Of a DNA stretch of 64,000 bases, positions 58,317 to 64,000 are shown piece after piece. The translations under genes were made by a program, and so were the position numbers. How positions within the stretch are numbered: position 1 is the stretch's first letter; each line of letters starts with the position of its first letter. Source of the stretch: a virus; IMG/VR virus record IMGVR_UViG_3300050120_000255, positions 1-64,000 of that record; one strand, written 5' to 3'. The notes below the pieces were generated by a model. That model was not told where the DNA came from and ran no database searches. It was given only the letters and a program-made list of their open reading frames with translations.

Positions 58317-58624
58317 TGGCGAACCTCTCGAAGTCCCAAGCCACCGCGTTAAATGCCGCCGTATTCATAGGAAGCGCTTTTGATTGCCGCCCCTTTCGCC
58401 GTCCAGGCGGCCTGCGCAGTCAGGCTCTAGTGCGTAGAATTATGCGCATGGTGCGGGACGGTCTTTTGACCTATGACACGCCCTGGCCCAGCGCGACCGA
58501 AAAAGGAATCGATGCGCTCAAAGCGCATTATCCGAATCTCGATTATTCAAAAGCCGTCCGGTTCGGGGCGCATTGGAAGGCCTGGAAGGAAGCGCCCCTC
58601 GCCGAAGCGCCGGAGGCGCTTTGA
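58316..58624 (+). CDS. possible winged-helix protein
   Basis: RMVRDGLL....ATEKG..AL pattern. Confidence 0.55.
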   Translation: MANLSKSQATALNAAVFIGSAFDCRPFRRPGGLRSQALVRRIMRMVRDGLLTYDTPWPSATEKGIDALKAHYPNLDYSKAVRFGAHWKAWKEAPLAEAPEAL

Positions 58625-58944
58625 TGGCGCCGCGCCGGACAAAAAAGGCTGAGGTTCCTACCCTGCCACAAAGTCATTTGATTAAAATAGACAGGCTTGG
58701 AATGCGCACGGTTGCTTACCTGTCAACATTCGTCGCAACGGCCGCTGGCCGTAACGAATGGCTGCCGCGCGACATCATCGGAAACGATGGTAAATCACTG
58801 GTTATTTACCGCGAGGGCGGGGACTATCACTTTGCGGGGTGGGAGCCGTGGCGAGACGGTCATTTCGGAGGCCGGTACGAAACAATCTTGGGCGCGCTGG
58901 CCTGGTTTGATTGGCTCGAAGCGGAAAACAAGGAGTCGTTCTGA
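58624..58944 (+). CDS. hypothetical protein
   Basis: TGATG coupling. Confidence 0.55.
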   Translation: MAPRRTKKAEVPTLPQSHLIKIDRLGMRTVAYLSTFVATAAGRNEWLPRDIIGNDGKSLVIYREGGDYHFAGWEPWRDGHFGGRYETILGALAWFDWLEAENKESF

Positions 58945-60041
58945 TGGCGCTCCTTTCCGACAAGACCGAACTCGCCGACATGCTCGCCTACGCTGAATCG
59001 GTCGGGCGCGGCGACTATGTGCCGCTGTCCCGCGCCGAGCTTGACCAGGCCTTGACCCTGGCGCCCGGCCACGTCAGCGGCGACCGCCGCGTCAGCGGAT
59101 CAACCGGGTATTACTGCAACTATGCGAAAGAGGGCGCCCCAAGCCGCTGGTCGCTCGTTGCGATCGGGCCGCACGCCTGGAATATCGGGAGGCCCATTGC
59201 AGAATGGCTCAAGAGCCTGCCCAAGCGCGGCGCGGAAAATTCTGACCGATGGGTCGTTAAACGCTTCTATTCGACCTATGAGCCCGCCACGCCAATCTTA
59301 GACACAGTTAAAGAGGGTGACTTCGCTTTTGCGAAGCTCCGCGACGGCTCCGGCGTTGTGCTTGCCCTTGTCATAGCCGCCACCGATGGCAAGCCGGATC
59401 TTGTTGACCTTTCCATGTCGGAAAGCCAGCAACGCCGCGCGGCTGATCTTTCGGACAAGTGGCAAGTGATGCCGGAGCGGCAAGAGGAATGCGCCAAGAT
59501 GTTTCAATCGGGACGGACTCGGTTCCCCGATCGGTGGCAGTTTGGTTGCCAGATTGGGCGTCGGCATAGGCGCGACAACCTGGGCGCGACGCCATTGAAG
59601 AAAAACGAAACGGCTTTCGCGCCGGGCAATTTCGTTTGCGGCCACATGATCGATGCGCCTGCCTATGCAACTCAGCTCGGCAAAGTCTTAGAGGTGGACA
59701 AATCCGGCCGCGTCCTGACCGTCCAAATTGGCGCCGGGGAGATTGTGCCGCGCGGCGCCGCGAAGAAATGGAAGCTGGTAGAGGACAGGAACGGCAATTG
59801 CGAGTCCCTACTCGCCGATGGCGGCAAGTTCAAGAGCGGGTTCGCCTTCATGCGCGCGCTGCGGAAGCTGCCGGCGGCCAAACCAAGACGCGCGGCTACT
59901 GATACCGCCAAACCGATCGGCGCCGACCCGGTAGCCTTGCGCGTGCGACGGCAAACCCATAAGGAGGCCATTGCGGCGGGCATCCCGCAAGAAATAGCCC
60001 AAAGGTTGGCGAAAGCCGCCTTCGACGCCGCTTCGACGTAG
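58944..60041 (+). CDS. hypothetical protein (paralogue of 60182-60904)
   Basis: LAYAE.....YVP...GYY..YA...W.LVAIGP. Confidence 0.7.
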   Translation: MALLSDKTELADMLAYAESVGRGDYVPLSRAELDQALTLAPGHVSGDRRVSGSTGYYCNYAKEGAPSRWSLVAIGPHAWNIGRPIAEWLKSLPKRGAENSDRWVVKRFYSTYEPATPILDTVKEGDFAFAKLRDGSGVVLALVIAATDGKPDLVDLSMSESQQRRAADLSDKWQVMPERQEECAKMFQSGRTRFPDRWQFGCQIGRRHRRDNLGATPLKKNETAFAPGNFVCGHMIDAPAYATQLGKVLEVDKSGRVLTVQIGAGEIVPRGAAKKWKLVEDRNGNCESLLADGGKFKSGFAFMRALRKLPAAKPRRAATDTAKPIGADPVALRVRRQTHKEAIAAGIPQEIAQRLAKAAFDAAST

Positions 60042-60181
60042 CTGATAGAGACCTATCCCCCGATATTCTCCGCCTCAATTGTTAATTTCGGCTTGGATGG
60101 GTACAAAGACCGTGCTATTCCATCCTTATTGCAGATAGGAGCTTATCTAATTTATCCAAATACACATAGGAGACATGGAAA

Positions 60182-60904
60182 ATGGCTGCACTATCCAACA
60201 CAGGGGCTATGGCAAGTTTGCTAGCCTACGCGGAGAAACTCGGCCTTGAGTACGTGCCTATGCGGGCGGAAGCTGTCGAGGCAGCCGCAAATGATCCCTT
60301 TGCCTACGAGGAAGGGACGTTTATTGAAGATAAACAGCCCCACGCCTCCGGCTATTATAAGAAATATGCTTCCGGCTGGGCGCTCGTTGCGATCGGCCCG
60401 AGCCTTGGCGGTCGCGTGCTGTCTAAGAAGGAATGGCTCCGCGTGCCGAAGGGCGACGGATGGGCGACGCGTGACGAATGGCGCCGCGCCCTTGTGTCCG
60501 ACTCGGCTAAGTCCGGCGACATCGTTTATAATGTCGCGCCTAATGGCGTTGTTCGCCTAGCGGAAGCCGTGGAGGTCGATGCGCGCGGCTATCCCACGTC
60601 CCTATTGCTTCGAGGAGATTTGATAGATCCTCGCGACGTTGACGGCGTATGGGAGAAGGCGCCGGGCCGCGAGGAGGCGGCGCGCTATCTCTATGACCAA
60701 GGGAAAGACTCCTTTATCAATCTTTGGACCTACAAGACGCAGCTCGGCAAGCGGATTCGGTTGCTGAAAGAAGCGAAAATGCTGGATCACGAAAGAGATT
60801 CCAGGAGAACATTCGACCATCAAAAAGCGCTCGATAAGGAGAACTCGGCTTTCGTCGCCCGCGTCAAACGCGCCAAACTTGAACGCCTGAAATCTGGCGC
60901 ATAG
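60182..60904 (+). CDS. hypothetical protein (paralogue of 58944-60041)
   Basis: shared N-terminal motifs. Confidence 0.7.
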   Translation: MAALSNTGAMASLLAYAEKLGLEYVPMRAEAVEAAANDPFAYEEGTFIEDKQPHASGYYKKYASGWALVAIGPSLGGRVLSKKEWLRVPKGDGWATRDEWRRALVSDSAKSGDIVYNVAPNGVVRLAEAVEVDARGYPTSLLLRGDLIDPRDVDGVWEKAPGREEAARYLYDQGKDSFINLWTYKTQLGKRIRLLKEAKMLDHERDSRRTFDHQKALDKENSAFVARVKRAKLERLKSGA

Positions 60905-60912
60905 GATCGATC

Positions 60913-60940
60913 GGGGCGCTTCGGCGTCCCTCTCTCTCTA
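60913..60940 (+). terminator. intrinsic terminator
   Basis: GGGGCGC-TTCG-GCGTCCC followed by pyrimidine run. Confidence 0.6.
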
Positions 60941-61040
60941 TTTGAGCCCAAATTATTTAGAACTATTTTGTTAGAAATATATTGACGAATAGATAGGACC
61001 GTCTATCCTCTGTTTCAGACGCAACGGAGGACAGAACGAA

Positions 61041-61421
61041 ATGAAAATCTGGGCTTTGATTTCCTGCTTTCCTGAAGAGACGGCCCCCGTATACCCACAT
61101 CTGTTTTTGACGCGGGAGTCGGCCGACAAGGCATTCGACGAAATCATGCGCGAGGAATGGGACCACTACGCCCCTGGAGACGATGATGGAGAGCCGTTGC
61201 CCTATCCCGGCGATCCGGCCGCGGCAAACGAGGCTATCCACGAAAACGACGCGGAAGAATCCTGGGGTCAATGGGAACTGATCTGTGTCGAGGTACCACG
61301 TAAGCCAGTTGAGGCGCCCCCAACGCTCTCCGATCTGAAAAAGCAAATCGAGGATCTGGATAAGAAAGTCGACATTCTTTCTGTTTGGCGCGATCGTTTG
61401 GTTTTCGCTGCGGCTCAATAG
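61041..61421 (+). CDS. acidic protein with shared coiled-coil tail
   Basis: promoter TTGACG-N16-TATCCT upstream, GGAGG RBS. Confidence 0.7.
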   Translation: MKIWALISCFPEETAPVYPHLFLTRESADKAFDEIMREEWDHYAPGDDDGEPLPYPGDPAAANEAIHENDAEESWGQWELICVEVPRKPVEAPPTLSDLKKQIEDLDKKVDILSVWRDRLVFAAAQ

Positions 61422-61453
61422 CGCCAAGGCTCATTTTGAAAGGTCCAGATATC

Positions 61454-61873
61454 ATGTGGTTTTTTAAGCCAAGACGAACAGCCGCAGAAGAACTGTCACC
61501 CTCGGCTGACTTTATGAGGCTGAAGGCTCGGGCGGAAAAATATCCTTTCTCAGTCTCCGTTCGCGAATTCGATGAAGCGATTGGGGAGCGCACGCGCTGC
61601 GCTACCCTACAGGAAGCCAAAGAGGCCGCGTCAGAGATCGCCGCACGTCTATCAAAGACACGCCGAGCCTGGATAACGAGCGATCGCGGACGGATCATGA
61701 CCGATTGGGCGACCGACGGGAACTTTACATGGCCCGACGACTGGACACCACGTAAGCCAGTTGAGGCGCCCCCAACGCTCTCCGATCTGAAAAAGCAAAT
61801 CGAGGATCTGGATAAGAAAGTCGAAAAGCTTCTTTATGCTCAAATGCAGAGCGCCGGCACTCTCCCCAAGTGA
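61454..61873 (+). CDS. hypothetical protein with identical coiled-coil tail
   Basis: 78-bp identity with preceding gene. Confidence 0.7.
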   Translation: MWFFKPRRTAAEELSPSADFMRLKARAEKYPFSVSVREFDEAIGERTRCATLQEAKEAASEIAARLSKTRRAWITSDRGRIMTDWATDGNFTWPDDWTPRKPVEAPPTLSDLKKQIEDLDKKVEKLLYAQMQSAGTLPK

Positions 61874-62004
61874 ACTTCTAACCCCCCATATCGTAATTCT
61901 TATCCGTGGCGCGCGATCGCCGCGACCGGATAACTGCGCCCGTTTCATACCTTCAACCTATCCGTTTAAGTGATAGAACCCCAACTGAAAGGAGACCCAC
62001 AACC

Positions 62005-62346
62005 ATGCTCAATTGGATCAGCCAAAACATTCTCCGCCCGCTTTTCGAGCCGCTTGCGTGGCATCCCATGGGCAGCCCCAAACCGCTCCCGCCGTGCACG
62101 ATCACCGAAAAGATGATTCAGGAGGGTGGCGGAATGAGCCGCGAGTTTCGCCTCGCCGCGATCATCCTTGGTGGCGCAAGCGTCCTATGCCTCTCTACGG
62201 TCGTCTGGTCCCTTGTGAACCAGCGTCGGACGGAAGTTGACTGCGTCGCTCGCAACCTCAATCAGGTGAGCCGCATGGCCTTCTCCGAAGAGGTCGACCC
62301 CGGATTTGCGTCCGCCCAATCGCCGAAAATTAAAATCGTCGAATAG
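62005..62346 (+). CDS. single-TM hypothetical protein
   Basis: AAGGAG RBS; LAAIILGGASVLCLSTVVWSLV. Confidence 0.55.
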   Translation: MLNWISQNILRPLFEPLAWHPMGSPKPLPPCTITEKMIQEGGGMSREFRLAAIILGGASVLCLSTVVWSLVNQRRTEVDCVARNLNQVSRMAFSEEVDPGFASAQSPKIKIVE

Positions 62347-62537
62347 GCCATCTGTGCTATTCGCTGCTTGACGGCGAGCATAACAACGGTCTAGATAGAT
62401 CCAGGCCCCCCCAGCCAAGAGGCCTCGCAACATAGGAGGCGGCCATGATGTAGCGGAGGCGAAATCCTTCGGCAAACGGCGGGATAGTGGCGCCGTTTCG
62501 CGAAGAATTTCCTTCAGTCTATTAGGAGGACTTATAG

Positions 62538-62816
62538 ATGTCAAAGACACACACACACCACCAAACGATTGAAATGCTCGGCCCCATCGATTCGATGGAT
62601 CTTACCGTCGAGGTCGTTTTCACGAAGAGCCGAGACTATCCCGCTACCTGGGATGAACCGGCGCACGGCGGCGAGATCGGCATCACAGAGATTCATCTCT
62701 TCGACACGGCTACCAAGAAATACCTCGACGTCGCCCCTTGGCTCCAGACCTTTTTGCGCAAGGCGATCGACGAGGGCGCCCTCTTCGAATACGCGCGCGA
62801 AGAGACCTTCGCATGA
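62538..62816 (+). CDS. hypothetical phage protein
   Basis: AGGAGG RBS; YPATWDEPAHGGEI. Confidence 0.7.
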   Translation: MSKTHTHHQTIEMLGPIDSMDLTVEVVFTKSRDYPATWDEPAHGGEIGITEIHLFDTATKKYLDVAPWLQTFLRKAIDEGALFEYAREETFA

Positions 62817-63187
62817 TCGGGCGCTTTCTCATCGTCTGCGCCGCCGCCGCCGGCGTCGCCGCGTCCGCTGCCCTTGCCGCTGATCCGGCGCCGAAGTGTG
62901 ACCTCAACGTGGAAGGCGCCTGGCTGTGCCACGGCGCGGCAGGCGATCACTGCGCACAGCCGGTTGACGCCTCAGCGCCCCGCGACCCGAACGCCACGCC
63001 GCATCAAATCTGCGAGGGCGAATACAGCACGAAAGAGTACATCAATCAGATTTTGGCCGGGACGCTCAAGGCCGAAGGCCGCGCCCGGTTGATCCGCCTT
63101 TGCGAGTTCACAAAGACCCAGCGCCAACCCGGTCATGTGACCTACGCCATCATCACATCAGCAACAGAGAAGGAGTCCGCACATTGA
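62813..63187 (+). CDS. secreted Cys-containing protein
   Basis: signal peptide ending ALA-A; several Cys. Confidence 0.6.
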   Translation: MIGRFLIVCAAAAGVAASAALAADPAPKCDLNVEGAWLCHGAAGDHCAQPVDASAPRDPNATPHQICEGEYSTKEYINQILAGTLKAEGRARLIRLCEFTKTQRQPGHVTYAIITSATEKESAH

Positions 63188-63771
63188 GCGATTTCGATTG
63201 GAACAAACCCTTCCGCGCCAAGAACGGGGACAAGGCCGAACTTCTGGGCACCTTGAACACAAATTCCGGCTACCCACGAATCGTTCGGTTCACGGGAAAC
63301 GACGGAGTCCAACGCGCCTGTGGGGTGAGATTAGACGGGACAATCACCTACGACCCCCGTCACAGTCTCGAAAACTACGAGGTCGAGCAGGCCTGTACAG
63401 TCACGGACACTCGCGCCCCGGCTCTGATCAAGGCCTTCGATTGGAATAAACCTTATCGCGCTGAAAGCGGTAGAAAGGCCGAGCGAATCGACGTTCTTAC
63501 GACAAGGGGATCGCCATATAAGAACGTCATCAAATACACCCACGCGAACGGATCTCAAGAGGTAGATACTGTCCAAGACGGCGGGAGCGCCGGGGGTCTC
63601 GAGCACTCGAGAAACCTCGTGAACTACGAAGTCGAGCGCACCATGTTCGCGCCGATTTTCCGCTCCCCACATGGGGATTATGTCGGAACTCTTGTGCCGA
63701 CCGAATCGGAGGCCCAGCGCCCTAAAAACTATGCTTTCCTTGGTGTCGCAACCGTGACGTGGAAGGCCTGA
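63184..63771 (+). CDS. hypothetical protein with two internal repeats
   Basis: FDWNKP(F/Y)RA..G.KAE...L.NYEVE x2. Confidence 0.7.
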   Translation: MSDFDWNKPFRAKNGDKAELLGTLNTNSGYPRIVRFTGNDGVQRACGVRLDGTITYDPRHSLENYEVEQACTVTDTRAPALIKAFDWNKPYRAESGRKAERIDVLTTRGSPYKNVIKYTHANGSQEVDTVQDGGSAGGLEHSRNLVNYEVERTMFAPIFRSPHGDYVGTLVPTESEAQRPKNYAFLGVATVTWKA

Positions 63772-64000
63772 TCGATGTTCAACAATACCTCAATGGTAAA
63801 TTTGCTTCTGAACAAAAGCATGTTCATGAAATCTTCAAAACACCGAGGCCCCGGCGATCAGACGACCGGGCCGGAGGCGGCCGGGAAGTTCCGCGCGCGG
63901 CACAGCGGCGGCCGCCCGACGATCGCGAGGCTTGAGCGCGAGGCCCGCATTCACAACGGCGCTCGCCCGCTGTCATTCGGCCAAGCCGGCGGGCGCGAGC

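Larger units (their letters stand above)
10716..64000. mobile_element. large siphovirus-like prophage, continues beyond the window
   Basis: terminase-portal-protease-capsid-tail-lysis modules; att at left end with TCGGGTACAG x2 arm repeats at 10795-10816. Confidence 0.95.

Noticed and set aside
61295-61824. DGR template/variable repeat pair
   Set aside because: The copies are identical with no adenine-specific mismatches, and no reverse transcriptase is in the window.

Overview
This GC-rich window, probably alphaproteobacterial (inferred from the GTA-like tail module and gene content), is almost entirely two mobile elements stacked in tandem at a tRNA-Thr(CGT) attachment site. (1) ~1001-10715 is a 9.7-kb integrative island bounded by tRNA-Thr 3'-end repeats. 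It carries a P4-type integrase, AlpA, an HTH/Zn-finger plus second tyrosine recombinase pair, and an RM-like module (GHKL/MORC-type ATPase, small conserved protein, HTH controller, C5 DNA methyltransferase, Vsr) with no recognisable restriction nuclease. (2) 10716 to beyond 64000 is the left part of a large siphovirus-like prophage. On the minus strand it has nucleotide metabolism (class II RNR, dNMP kinase, dCMP deaminase, T5 A1-like), an extended lysis cassette containing a fatty-acid hydroxylase and an uncalled CTG-start RlpA, and tail, head and terminase genes. A tandem array of seven divergent winged-helix-like mini-proteins follows. A divergent plus-strand early region then holds small genes, a beta-clamp homologue and a DUF3560-methyltransferase. 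A ~12-bp asymmetric motif (CATCGAATAGAT-like) recurs in promoters and intergenic gaps across the prophage. All calls are by eye from motifs; no database searches were run.
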